A stretch of DNA of 64,000 bases from an uncultured Acidimicrobiia bacterium (GTDB lineage: Bacteria > Actinomycetota > Acidimicrobiia > Acidimicrobiales > AC-14), in the NCBI GenBank assembly GCA_963836205.1, contig CAWIIV010000013.1, forward strand, positions 1-64,000, written 5' to 3'. Position 1 is the first letter of the stretch. The number at the start of each line of letters is the position of its first letter. Positions 40,189 to 48,967 of this stretch are shown here, in pieces. A program made the position numbers and the translations under genes. The notes beneath the pieces are model-generated. The model was not told where the DNA came from and did no database searches. It saw only the letters and a list, made by a program, of their open reading frames with translations.

Positions 40189-40440
40189 ATGCCTGATGAC
40201 GACATCCGCTGGATGAGCACGGCTGCCGCGGCCCGTCGGCTCGGGGTCACCGTGCGTACCCTCTACCGCCTCATCAACGAGGCCGAGCTGCCGGCCTACA
40301 AGTTCGGGCGGGTCATCCGCCTCAAGCAGGAGGAGGTCGACGCCTTCATCCAGTCGTCCCGGATCGCCCCCGGGTCGCTGGAGCACCTCTACCCCGAGTC
40401 GAAGAGGGACACCTCCGACACCGAGGCCAACGTCACGTAA
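40189..40440 (+). CDS. BldC/excisionase-like HTH (HTH_17) DNA-binding protein
   Basis: WMSTAAAARRLGVTVRTLYRLINEAELPAYKFGRVIRL; TACGAT 6 nt before ATG. Confidence 0.82.
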   Translation: MPDDDIRWMSTAAAARRLGVTVRTLYRLINEAELPAYKFGRVIRLKQEEVDAFIQSSRIAPGSLEHLYPESKRDTSDTEANVT

Positions 40441-40943
40441 CTGAGTCCCGGCGGCTCACCGTCGGTGCGGACGGTGAGCACGTCCGTGCCCACTGCCCGC
40501 AGCTCGCCCACCACGGTGACGGTTCCGAGCACCACCGCCACCCGGGGACGAGTGGCGACCGCCTGGGCCAGCACCTCGGCCAAGGTCACGCCCTCGGCGT
40601 TGGCACCGCGGCCTCGGTCGGCTCCCGCCGCCGCCTGTGGACGCCGCGTGCCGGTGCCGGGCCGCACCTCGGCCACCGCCGCCAGGTGCACGAGGACGAG
40701 CCGGTTCTCGGGCCCGGCGACGGCTACGAAATCGGCGCCCACCGCCGCGATCGGGCCGCGGTGGCGCCGCCCGGTCACCGTCGTGATCGACACTGGCCGC
40801 CCGTCCTCGGCCAGGTCGACCAGGAGCCCGGCGAACGACGCCTCTTCCTCCGCCGCCTGCCGCAGCCAACGCTCGCGGACGCGAGCCTCGGCCGCCTCCT
40901 GCGCCCGCGCCCCTGCGGCCCACCGCTCGAGATCGTCGAGCAC
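40389..40943 (-). CDS. Conserved actinobacterial hypothetical protein (two Sm-like halves), overlapping the HTH gene convergently
   Basis: LDDLE..., HRGPIAAVGADFV and VVGELRAVGTDVL internal duplication; resembles the protein I recall beside SAF/HTH/LysM genes in actinomycetes. Confidence 0.6.
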   Translation of the reverse strand: MLDDLERWAAGARAQEAAEARVRERWLRQAAEEEASFAGLLVDLAEDGRPVSITTVTGRRHRGPIAAVGADFVAVAGPENRLVLVHLAAVAEVRPGTGTRRPQAAAGADRGRGANAEGVTLAEVLAQAVATRPRVAVVLGTVTVVGELRAVGTDVLTVRTDGEPPGLSYVTLASVSEVSLFDSG

Positions 40944-40977
40944 CGCCGAACGCTACCCGTGCCGCGCTTGCCGGACG

Positions 40978-41026
40978 TTCGTGGGCCGGAAAAGGTGCGT
41001 CTGGCGCCCCTTTTCTGGCCCAAGAA
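40978..41026. repeat. 49-bp palindromic repeat, family A copy 2
   Basis: TTCGTGGGCCGGAAAAGG...CCTTTTCTGGCCCAAGAA. Confidence 0.7.
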
Positions 41027-41063
41027 GGTTGGACGGGGAGCGAAGGCCTACCGTGATCCCCAT

Positions 41064-43020
41064 GTTGCGTCCTGAGAACTGGACCAGACCAGCGGGTGCG
41101 AGTCCCGCCCGGGTAATCGCCGGAGAGCCCGGTAGCAGGCCCCGGTTCGTCGCCGAGAGGCGGCGGGCTGAGCGGGGCGTCAAGAGCCTCTTTGGAGGGA
41201 GCAAGCGTGCGGGCCGTAGTGCCACCAGGCGCGAGTCCTGCAGCCTCGTCAAACGCACAACGGGGGAGCCGAGCCGCTCATGTCACGGCGAAGGCCACGT
41301 CCGACCGACTGGCGTTCCGGACACGCCCCTGGTCGGGTCCCCTCGGGGTACGGGGAGCGGCACGTACGCACGGTCAGGTTCGGAACAGGAGAGACCCGTC
41401 TGCGCAGCCTCGTCAGCAAAGACCGCTCGTATAAGCCAGTGGTGAAATCGAGCGGAGCGCAGCGGGAGTCCGACGGGGTCGTAGTACCGCTGATCGCCGG
41501 GATGAACCCGGCGGGAGGGAAGGGCCCCGACTTCGGTCACGCCGGAGACGGAAGTAAGCGCCAGGGCATGGCCGGGAACGCCCGGCCCAACTCCCCCGGC
41601 GGGCAGCCGCCCACCGACAACGTGCGAAAACTCCAGAACCGGCTATGGGCTGCGGCCAAGCAGTCTCCGGGTCGCCGCTTCCACGCCCTGTTCGACCGAA
41701 TCCACCGCAGTGACGTGCTGTGGACGGCGTGGGAGCGGGTGCGAGCCAATCGTGGCGCCGCCGGGGTCGATCGACTGACCCTGGAGGCGGTGGAGGACTA
41801 CGGGGTCGGGCGCGTGCTCGACGAGCTTTCCCGTGACCTCCGTGCAGGCACCTACCGCCCGTCGCCTGTTCGGCGGGTGGAGATCCCCAAGCCCGACGGC
41901 CGGATGCGGCCCCTGGGCATCCCCACCGTGCGCGACCGGGTGTGCCAGGCGGCAGCCAAGATCGTCCTCGAACCCATCTTCGAGGCCGATTTCCTGCCCC
42001 AGAGCTTCGGGTTCCGCCCGAAGCGGTCGGCCACCGACGCCCTGGAAGCCATCCGGGTGTCCTTCCCCCGAGGACGGCAGTTCGTCTTCGAGGCCGACAT
42101 CCGCGACTTCTTCGGCCAGATCGACCACGACAGGCTGCTGTCACTGGTCGGCGAGCGCGTGTCGGACCGGCGGGTGCTCAAGCTCATCCGCCAGTGGCTG
42201 CGTGCCGGGGTGCTGGTCGAGGGGGTGCGCTCCGAGACGGTCACGGGCACGCCCCAGGGCGGGGTCATCTCCCCGCTGCTGGCCAACATCTACCTGCACG
42301 CCTTCGACCGGTCCTGGGCCGAGTCCGGCACCGGCGAGCTCGTCCGTTACGCGGACGACTTCGTGGTGCTGTGCACGACCCGCAGCCAGGCCGAGACGGC
42401 CCAGGCCAGGGCGGCGGCCCTGCTGGGTGATCTCGGCCTGAGCCTGCACCCGGACAAGACCCGTGTGGTCGACCTCCGGGAGGGCAAGGAGGGCTTCGAC
42501 TTCCTGGGTTGTCATCTTCACGCCCGCATGTCGGGCCGGTTGTGGGAACAGCAGCGGGTCATCCGCTACTACCTCCACCGCTGGCCGTCGCAGCGGTCGA
42601 TGAAGCGGGCACGACAGCGGGTCAAGGCCCTCACCGGCCGGAACCGGGTCGGCATGGAGTTGGAGGACGTGATCTACGACCTCAACCTGTTCCTGCGGGG
42701 GTGGGGCAACTACTTCCGCACCGGCAACGCGGCGAATAAGTTCGTCTCCCTCGACCGACACGTCGTGTGGCGGCTCAAGCGCTTGCTCATCAAGAAGCGG
42801 GGCCGCAACCTACGGGCAGGCCAGGCAGACTGCTGGACCCGCACCTGGTTCCACGGCCAGGGCCTGCATCAGCTCATGGGCACCATTCGCTACCCGAAGG
42901 CGTCGTAACCATGTCCAGAAGATCGTCGGAAAGCCGTATGCGGGAAAACCGCACGTACGGATTGAAAGGGGGATGGGGAAACGTGCTGGCCTTGCCGGCA
43001 ACGCGCCCCTGACTACCAAT
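41064..43020 (+). mobile_element. Group II intron (1957 nt) inserted in the hit start codon
   Basis: 5' GTTGCG, domain V AAGCCGTATGCGGGAAAACCGCACGTACGGATT (~42931-42963), 3' end ...ACCAAT; excision restores ATG GCA TCG GAG TGC. Confidence 0.88.
41568..42908 (+). CDS. ltrA: Group II intron reverse transcriptase/maturase, no endonuclease domain
   Basis: GAAGVD, RRVEIPKPDG..RPLGIPTVRDR, SFGFRP, GTPQGGVISPLLANIYL, RYADD, FDFLG, GWGNYF. Confidence 0.95.
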   Translation: MAGNARPNSPGGQPPTDNVRKLQNRLWAAAKQSPGRRFHALFDRIHRSDVLWTAWERVRANRGAAGVDRLTLEAVEDYGVGRVLDELSRDLRAGTYRPSPVRRVEIPKPDGRMRPLGIPTVRDRVCQAAAKIVLEPIFEADFLPQSFGFRPKRSATDALEAIRVSFPRGRQFVFEADIRDFFGQIDHDRLLSLVGERVSDRRVLKLIRQWLRAGVLVEGVRSETVTGTPQGGVISPLLANIYLHAFDRSWAESGTGELVRYADDFVVLCTTRSQAETAQARAAALLGDLGLSLHPDKTRVVDLREGKEGFDFLGCHLHARMSGRLWEQQRVIRYYLHRWPSQRSMKRARQRVKALTGRNRVGMELEDVIYDLNLFLRGWGNYFRTGNAANKFVSLDRHVVWRLKRLLIKKRGRNLRAGQADCWTRTWFHGQGLHQLMGTIRYPKAS

Positions 43021-43366
43021 GGCATCGGAGTGCGTCTTCTGCCGGATCGTCTCGGGCGACATCCCGTCCGACGCGGTGGCCTCGTCGGAGCTGTCCTACG
43101 CCTTCCGCGACATCCAGCCGGCCATGCCCGTGCACGTGCTCGTCGTCCCTCGGCGGCACATCACGTCGGCCGCCACCGTCGAGGCCGCCGACGCCGACGT
43201 CCTGGCCGACATGGTCCTCACTGCCCAGGAAGTGGCCCGCCGCGAGGGCCTGGCCGAGCGGGGCTACCGGCTCGTGTTCAACGTGGGCGACGACGCCCTC
43301 AACTCGGTCGCCCACCTCCACCTGCACGTGCTGGGCGGCCAGAAGATGGGGTGGCCGCCGGGCTGA
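43019..43366 (+). CDS. Histidine triad (HIT/HinT) nucleotide-binding protein
   Basis: CVFCRIV, FRDIQP..PVHVLVVP, HLHLHVLGG. Confidence 0.93.
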   Translation: MASECVFCRIVSGDIPSDAVASSELSYAFRDIQPAMPVHVLVVPRRHITSAATVEAADADVLADMVLTAQEVARREGLAERGYRLVFNVGDDALNSVAHLHLHVLGGQKMGWPPG

Positions 43367-43396
43367 CCCGAGCCCGGTACCCTTGACGCAACACCC

Positions 43397-44374
43397 GTGT
43401 CCCCCACCCAAGTCAAGATCCTCGTCCCCGGCAACCACCTCATGGTGGAGCTGCTCGGCCACCGTGACCAGTTGTTGCGGCTGATCGAAGCCGCGTTCCC
43501 CGAGGCCGACGTCCTCGTGCGGGGCAACGAGATCACCATCAGCGGCGACGACGCCGACCGGGTGGGACGCCTCTTCGACGAGCTCGTCCTCCTCCTCGGC
43601 CGGGGCCAGCGCCTCGACGCGGCCGACGTGGGCCGCACCATCGAGATGGTCAAGGCCGACGAGAAGCCGTCGGAGGTCATGTCGGGCGAGGTCCTCCGCT
43701 CGGCGAGGGGCCGCAGCGTGCGCCCCAAGACCAGCGGCCAGAAGCGCTACGCCGACGCCATCGCCGGCAACGTGATCACCTTCGCCATCGGCCCCGCCGG
43801 CACCGGCAAGTCGTACCTGGCCGTGGCCCAGGCGGTGCAGGCCCTCCAGGCCAAGCAGGTGAGCCGCATCATCCTCACCCGCCCGGCGGTGGAGGCGGGG
43901 GAGCGGCTGGGCTTCCTTCCCGGCGACATGCTGGCCAAGGTCGACCCCTACCTGCGCCCCCTCTACGACGCCCTCTACGACATGCTCGGCCCCGAGGGCG
44001 CCAAGCGCCTCCTCGACGGGGAGACCATCGAGGTCGCCCCCCTCGCCTACATGCGGGGGCGCACGCTCAACGACAGCTTCCTCATCCTCGACGAGGCCCA
44101 GAACACCACCCCCGAGCAGATGAAGATGTTCCTCACCCGCATCGGCTTCGGGTCCAAGGCGGTCGTCACCGGCGACGTCACCCAGGTCGACCTGGCCGCC
44201 GGGCGCAGCGGCCTGCTCGGCCTGGAGAAGGTCCTCACCGGCATCGAGGGCCTGGCGTTCGTGCACCTCACGTCGAAGGACGTGGTGCGCCACCGCATCG
44301 TCCAGGACATCGTCGACGCCTACGAGCGGGCGACCCCCAATGAGGCGACCCCCAAACGAGGCCGACCCCAATGA
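43397..44374 (+). CDS. phoH: PhoH-family ATPase
   Basis: GPAGTGKSYLA, RPAVEAGERLGFLPG, MRGRT, DEAQN, DVVRH. Confidence 0.95.
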   Translation: MSPTQVKILVPGNHLMVELLGHRDQLLRLIEAAFPEADVLVRGNEITISGDDADRVGRLFDELVLLLGRGQRLDAADVGRTIEMVKADEKPSEVMSGEVLRSARGRSVRPKTSGQKRYADAIAGNVITFAIGPAGTGKSYLAVAQAVQALQAKQVSRIILTRPAVEAGERLGFLPGDMLAKVDPYLRPLYDALYDMLGPEGAKRLLDGETIEVAPLAYMRGRTLNDSFLILDEAQNTTPEQMKMFLTRIGFGSKAVVTGDVTQVDLAAGRSGLLGLEKVLTGIEGLAFVHLTSKDVVRHRIVQDIVDAYERATPNEATPKRGRPQ

Positions 44375-44375
44375 A
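44330..44375 (+). repeat. Three 15-16-bp tandem repeats at the phoH/ybeY junction
   Basis: GCGACCCCCAATGAG / GCGACCCCCAAACGAG / GCCGACCCCAATGAA. Confidence 0.65.
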
Positions 44376-44384
44376 GCCAACATC

Positions 44385-44918
44385 GTGAGCCCACTGGAGG
44401 TCTTCGCCGCCGACGAGCAGTCCGACGAGCCAGTCGACGCGGTGCGGTGGATGGACCTGACCAAGGCCGTCCTCCAGGCCCAGGGGGTGCGGGGCGACAC
44501 CGAGGTCTCACTCCTGTTCATCGACGAACCGGCCATGGCCGAGCTCAACCTGCGCTTCCTCGACAAGCCCGGCCCCACCGACGTGCTCGCCTTTCCCATC
44601 GACGAGGAGGAGGCCCTCGAGGCCGGTCCCGCCGGACCCCGCTCGCCCGACTCCTTGGGCCCCGGCCCCACCGACGAGCCCGAGCTGGGCGACGTCCCCC
44701 GCCTGCTGGGCGACGTGGTCGTGTGCCCGGCCGTCGCCCGCCGCAACGCCCCCGGCCACGCCGGCACCTACGACGACGAGATGGCCCTGCTGATCGTCCA
44801 TGGCGTGCTGCACCTGTTGGGTATGGATCACGAGGACGCGCAGGAGGCAGCCCACATGGAGCAGCGGGAGCAGGAGATGCTCGACCGGTTCCACCGAAAA
44901 GCGGTGACCCAGCAGTGA
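44385..44918 (+). CDS. ybeY: rRNA maturation RNase YbeY
   Basis: PTDVLAF, LLGDVV, HGVLHLLGMDH. Confidence 0.93.
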   Translation: MSPLEVFAADEQSDEPVDAVRWMDLTKAVLQAQGVRGDTEVSLLFIDEPAMAELNLRFLDKPGPTDVLAFPIDEEEALEAGPAGPRSPDSLGPGPTDEPELGDVPRLLGDVVVCPAVARRNAPGHAGTYDDEMALLIVHGVLHLLGMDHEDAQEAAHMEQREQEMLDRFHRKAVTQQ

Positions 44919-44979
44919 CGAGCCGGCCGGGGATCGACCGGCCTGTTCCACGAGGCGGGCCGGCGGCGGGAGAGGCGGC

Positions 44980-46314
44980 GTGAGCACCGACGCGATCATG
45001 GTGATGGCGATCTTCGCCCTGATCGGCATGGCCTCGGTGCTGGCCATCGCCGAGACGGCTCTCACCCGCACCAGCCGCATCCGGGCCCTCACCCTGGCCG
45101 AGGAGGGCAAGCGGGGGGCCAAGCAACTGCTGCGGCTGGTGGAGCACCCCGAGCGCTTCCTCAACCCGGTGCTGCTCCTCGTCCTGCTCTGCCACCTGGG
45201 CGCGGCGAGCATGGTCGGCGTCCTGGCCGAACGGTGGGCGGGCGCCCTGGGCGTGTTCCTGGCCGTCATCTTCGAGCTGGTCGTCATCTTCGTGCTGGCC
45301 GAGGCGGTGCCCAAGACCTACGCCGTCCAGCACCCCGACCAGGCCGCCCTGCGGGTGGCGCCGATCATCGCCGCCATCGTCGCCTTCCCCCCGGTGCGGC
45401 TGCTGTCCCGGATACTGATCGGGCTGGCCAACATCCTCGTCCCCGGGCGGGGCCTCAAGCAGGGCCCGTTCGTGTCGGAGGAGGAACTGCTGGCCACGGT
45501 CGACGTGGCCACCGAGGGCGAGGTGATCGAACGGGAGGAGCGCCGCCTCATCCACTCGATCATCGAGTTCGGCGACACCGTGGTGCGGGAGGTCATGGTC
45601 CCCCGGCCCGACATGGTGGCGGTGGAGGCCCGGGCATCGGTGGAGGACGCCCTGGAGGTGGCATTGGCCGCCGGCTACAGCCGCATCCCCGTGTACGAGC
45701 TGGGCATCGACGACATCGTCGGCATCCTCTACACCAAGGACCTCATCCGTGCCTCCCACGACGGCAAGGGCGACGAGCCGGTGCGGGAGCTGGTGCGGGC
45801 GGCCAACTTCATCCCCGAGACCAAGAGGGTGGCCGAGCTGCTCCCGGAGATGCAGAAGCACAAGCAGCACCTGGCGATCGTGGTCGACGAGCACGGCGGG
45901 GTGGCCGGGCTCGTCACCCTGGAGGACCTCATCGAGGAGCTGGTGGGCGAGATCGTCGACGAGTACGACGTGGAGGAGGCCCAGGTGGAGGACCTGGGCG
46001 GCGGCGAGTTCCGGGTCGACGCCCGCATGCCCATCGACGAGCTGGAGGACTTGATCCACATCGACCTCCCCGAGGGGGGCTACGACACGGTCGGTGGGCT
46101 GCTGCTCGACCTGCTCGGCCATGTCCCGGTGGTGGGGGAGAGCGTCGATTTCGACGGCCACCGCCTCACCGCCGAGAAGATGCAGGGGCGGCGCATCGGT
46201 CGCGTCCGCATCACCCCGCTCCACCGGGAGCCGGCGTCGGCTCCGGCGTCGGCGTCGGGGGCGGGATCGGGGTCGTCGGCCGACGGCGACGGCACGCAAT
46301 CGGACGAGGGATGA
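44980..46314 (+). CDS. Hemolysin-family CNNM/CBS/CorC_HlyC protein
   Basis: DUF21 TM region, VREVMVPRPDM, YSRIPVY, VDEHGG..GLVTLEDLIEELVGEI. Confidence 0.9.
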   Translation: MSTDAIMVMAIFALIGMASVLAIAETALTRTSRIRALTLAEEGKRGAKQLLRLVEHPERFLNPVLLLVLLCHLGAASMVGVLAERWAGALGVFLAVIFELVVIFVLAEAVPKTYAVQHPDQAALRVAPIIAAIVAFPPVRLLSRILIGLANILVPGRGLKQGPFVSEEELLATVDVATEGEVIEREERRLIHSIIEFGDTVVREVMVPRPDMVAVEARASVEDALEVALAAGYSRIPVYELGIDDIVGILYTKDLIRASHDGKGDEPVRELVRAANFIPETKRVAELLPEMQKHKQHLAIVVDEHGGVAGLVTLEDLIEELVGEIVDEYDVEEAQVEDLGGGEFRVDARMPIDELEDLIHIDLPEGGYDTVGGLLLDLLGHVPVVGESVDFDGHRLTAEKMQGRRIGRVRITPLHREPASAPASASGAGSGSSADGDGTQSDEG

Positions 46315-46324
46315 GGTCGGTCAC

Positions 46325-47161
46325 ATGAGATCTGGGTTCGCCACCCTCGTGGGGCGGCCCAACGTCGGCAAGTCCACCCTGCTCAACGCCATCCTGGGCA
46401 CCAAGGTGACGATCACCGCCACGGCCCCCCAGACCACGCGTACCGAGGTGAGGGGCGTCCTCAACCGCCCCGACGTGCAGGTGGTGTTCGTCGACACGCC
46501 CGGCATCCACAAGCCCAAGTCGGTGATGGGGGAGCGGCTCAACGCCACCGCCACCGGTGCCCTGTCGGAGGTCGACGTCCCCGTCCTGGTCATCGACGCC
46601 ACCGCCCCGTTGGGCAAGGGCGACCGCTTCGTCGCCTCCCGGCTGCCGTCGGGGGCGATCTGCGTGGTCAACAAGGTCGACGCCGCCACCCAGCACGAGG
46701 TCCTCTCCCAGCTCACCAAGGCCGGTGAGCTGGAGCTGTCGGCCTACTACCCGGTTTCGGCTCGCACCGGCGAAGGGGTGGAAGTGCTGGTCAGCGCCAT
46801 CATCGAGCGCATGCCCGAGGGTCCGCAGTACTACCCGGACGGGATGATCACCGACGCCGGCGACGGCTTCTGGGTGTCGGAGCTGGTGCGGGAGGAGCTG
46901 CTGAAGGTGGTGCGGGAGGAGATGCCCCACTCCATCGCCTGCCGGGTGACGGAGTGGGAATGGCCCCGGATCCGCTGCGAGATCCTGGTCGAGCGGGAGT
47001 CGCAGAAGGGCATCGTCATCGGCAAGGGCGGCCTCGTGCTCAAGCAGGTCGGCCAGGCGGTTCGGGCCCAGCTCGACCCCGGCGCCTACCTGGAGCTGGT
47101 GGTGAAGGTCGACAAGGACTGGCAGCGCCGCCCCGCCGCCCTCGACCGCCTGGGGTACTGA
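46325..47161 (+). CDS. era: GTPase Era
   Basis: [24 protein letters not shown] domain VIGKGG. Confidence 0.96.
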   Translation: MRSGFATLVGRPNVGKSTLLNAILGTKVTITATAPQTTRTEVRGVLNRPDVQVVFVDTPGIHKPKSVMGERLNATATGALSEVDVPVLVIDATAPLGKGDRFVASRLPSGAICVVNKVDAATQHEVLSQLTKAGELELSAYYPVSARTGEGVEVLVSAIIERMPEGPQYYPDGMITDAGDGFWVSELVREELLKVVREEMPHSIACRVTEWEWPRIRCEILVERESQKGIVIGKGGLVLKQVGQAVRAQLDPGAYLELVVKVDKDWQRRPAALDRLGY

Positions 47162-47167
47162 GCGGGG

Positions 47168-47911
47168 TTACTCCGCCGCCTGCTCGAGGACCACGCTCGA
47201 CACGAGGCTCAGCCCCGCGATCACCGCGAGCATCGCGGGCAGGCTCTGGAACGGCACGACCCGGACGCCCACGGCCTGGTTGGACAGGGTGCGCAACGAG
47301 GACGCAAGTGTCACCAGCGGCAGCGAGAGCAGGAGCGTCCCGAAGGTGGCGATGAGGGCCAGGGAGGGGCCGCGGAGCTCCGACGGGCGCCGGTAGGCGA
47401 TGGTGACGGTCGCCAGGACGGAGGTGAGGGCGCCGACGGCCGGCGTCGCCGCTAACAGGAGGAGGAGGTTTGCGTCGTTGCGGGCGGCCACTGCGGGGTC
47501 GTCGTCGGACGAGCTCACGTGGGTGATCTCGACGAGCGACCGGGGCGGCGGGGTCGACGGATCGGCCGCCGCCAGCATCAGGTGATAGACGCCGAAGAGG
47601 AGGCAGGCGAGGATGCCGAACGCGGTTGCCGCCGCGCCCGTGCAGGCGGCGGCCGCCATCGGCGAGGAGACACCCTCGGCGTCCCCTCGACCGTCCCATC
47701 GCAGCCGCACCGCGACGGCGGCCGTCGCAGCACCCAGCAGGACCGCCAGCGTGGTGGCCATCGCCACCCATCCACCGGCATCGGCGGCCGAGGCGGGCGT
47801 TTCGGTGAGCTGGCGGGTGACCGGCCGGCCGCACGCGCCGGTAGCGAGACCGAAGAGCACCGCCGCCGGGCCGACGACCCAGATCCGCCGCCGTTGCCCC
47901 GAGTGCCGCAT
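47168..47911 (-). CDS. Hypothetical multi-pass membrane protein
   Basis: Several hydrophobic helices, possible lipobox TGAC; no family recognised. Confidence 0.45.
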   Translation of the reverse strand: MRHSGQRRRIWVVGPAAVLFGLATGACGRPVTRQLTETPASAADAGGWVAMATTLAVLLGAATAAVAVRLRWDGRGDAEGVSSPMAAAACTGAAATAFGILACLLFGVYHLMLAAADPSTPPPRSLVEITHVSSSDDDPAVAARNDANLLLLLAATPAVGALTSVLATVTIAYRRPSELRGPSLALIATFGTLLLSLPLVTLASSLRTLSNQAVGVRVVPFQSLPAMLAVIAGLSLVSSVVLEQAAE

Positions 47912-47974
47912 CCCAGACGTGGACCACCGGGCCGCAGCGTCGGTTACATCGGCCGACCGGGCCGGCGGCGGTTC

Positions 47975-48379
47975 CTACTCGGGATCGGGGGGCCGGCCTC
48001 GGAGGCGTTTGCGCTCGGACGTGCGCCGTTTGGACTCGAGGCGACGGGTCTTGGCGCCCTTGGACGGCCGGGTCGGCACCCGGGGGCGGTCGGTCTTGAG
48101 GGCCTCGGCCAGGCGGGCGGCGAGGCGGGAAAGGGCCAGCTCGCGGTTCCGGAGTTGGGAGCGTTCGTCGTCGGCGACCACCCGGACGACCGGGCCGAGC
48201 TTCTCCAGGAGGCGGGCCCGTTGGCGGGGGCCGAGGGAGGGGGAGTTGGCCACGTCGAAGCGGACCTCGGCCCGGGTGTTCGACGTGTTGGCGTGCTGGC
48301 CGCCGGGGCCGCCGGAGGAGGAGAAGCGCCACTCCAGCTCGTCGAGGGGGATCCGGCAGCTCCGGCTGACGACGAGCAT
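47975..48379 (-). CDS. arfB: Alternative ribosome-rescue factor B
   Basis: [20 protein letters not shown], basic tail [20 protein letters not shown]. Confidence 0.93.
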   Translation of the reverse strand: MLVVSRSCRIPLDELEWRFSSSGGPGGQHANTSNTRAEVRFDVANSPSLGPRQRARLLEKLGPVVRVVADDERSQLRNRELALSRLAARLAEALKTDRPRVPTRPSKGAKTRRLESKRRTSERKRLRGRPPDPE

Positions 48380-48513
48380 CGGGACCCGACCGTACCGGCT
48401 GGTACCATTTGACGAGCGCTTGGGCGACTGCCAGGCGCGTCCGCAATCGGCTCGTGCCCTGGGTCAACTTCCCTGGGTGCCACGCCGGGGACGAGGAAGA
48501 TCACAGCAAGCGT

Positions 48514-48771
48514 ATGCCCGACAAAACCGCCACCATCGGCGAGTACCGGCTCCACGACACCGACACCGGGTCCCCCGAGGTTCAGGTCGCGCTCCTCACC
48601 GAGCGGATCAACCACCTCACCGGGCACCTGCGGGACCACAAGAAAGACCATCACGGTCGGCGTGGCCTGTTGATGATGGTGGGCCGCCGTCGCCGCCTTC
48701 TCGACTACGTGAAGGCGAACGACGTCGAGCGCTACCGGGCTCTCATTGCCCGGCTCGGCCTGCGCCGGTAA
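48514..48771 (+). CDS. rpsO: 30S ribosomal protein S15
   Basis: [18 protein letters not shown]...HKKDHH.RRGL, LGLRR. Confidence 0.97.
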   Translation: MPDKTATIGEYRLHDTDTGSPEVQVALLTERINHLTGHLRDHKKDHHGRRGLLMMVGRRRRLLDYVKANDVERYRALIARLGLRR

Positions 48772-48860
48772 CTCGCACTGAAGAGCGTCCCACCCACATG
48801 TTCGGGTGCCGCTGTTCGCATTTTCTCAAGCCAACACCAGAAGGGGCGACCGAGTCAGCT

Positions 48861-48921
48861 GCCAGTCGCCAGCTCCCCGGGCCGAGACCGTCGCTCGGGT
48901 GGCTGACAACTGGGAACTGGC
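48861..48921 (+). promoter_or_regulatory. Stem-loop in the pnp leader
   Basis: GCCAGT...ACTGGC closing helix with inner CCCGGGC/GCTCGGG pairing between rpsO and pnp. Confidence 0.35.
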
Positions 48922-48967
48922 CTTCGCTCCGGACAACGCCTCCAACGAGGCAAAGGAGCGACACACA

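Noticed and set aside
40189-40440. Excisionase implying a prophage or ICE
   Set aside because: No integrase, att site or phage genes nearby; the context fits a chromosomal BldC-like regulator
41568-42908. RT as a retron, DGR or defence RT
   Set aside because: It has the group II maturase domain and is embedded in a ribozyme with domains V/VI; no TR/VR pair or msr-msd
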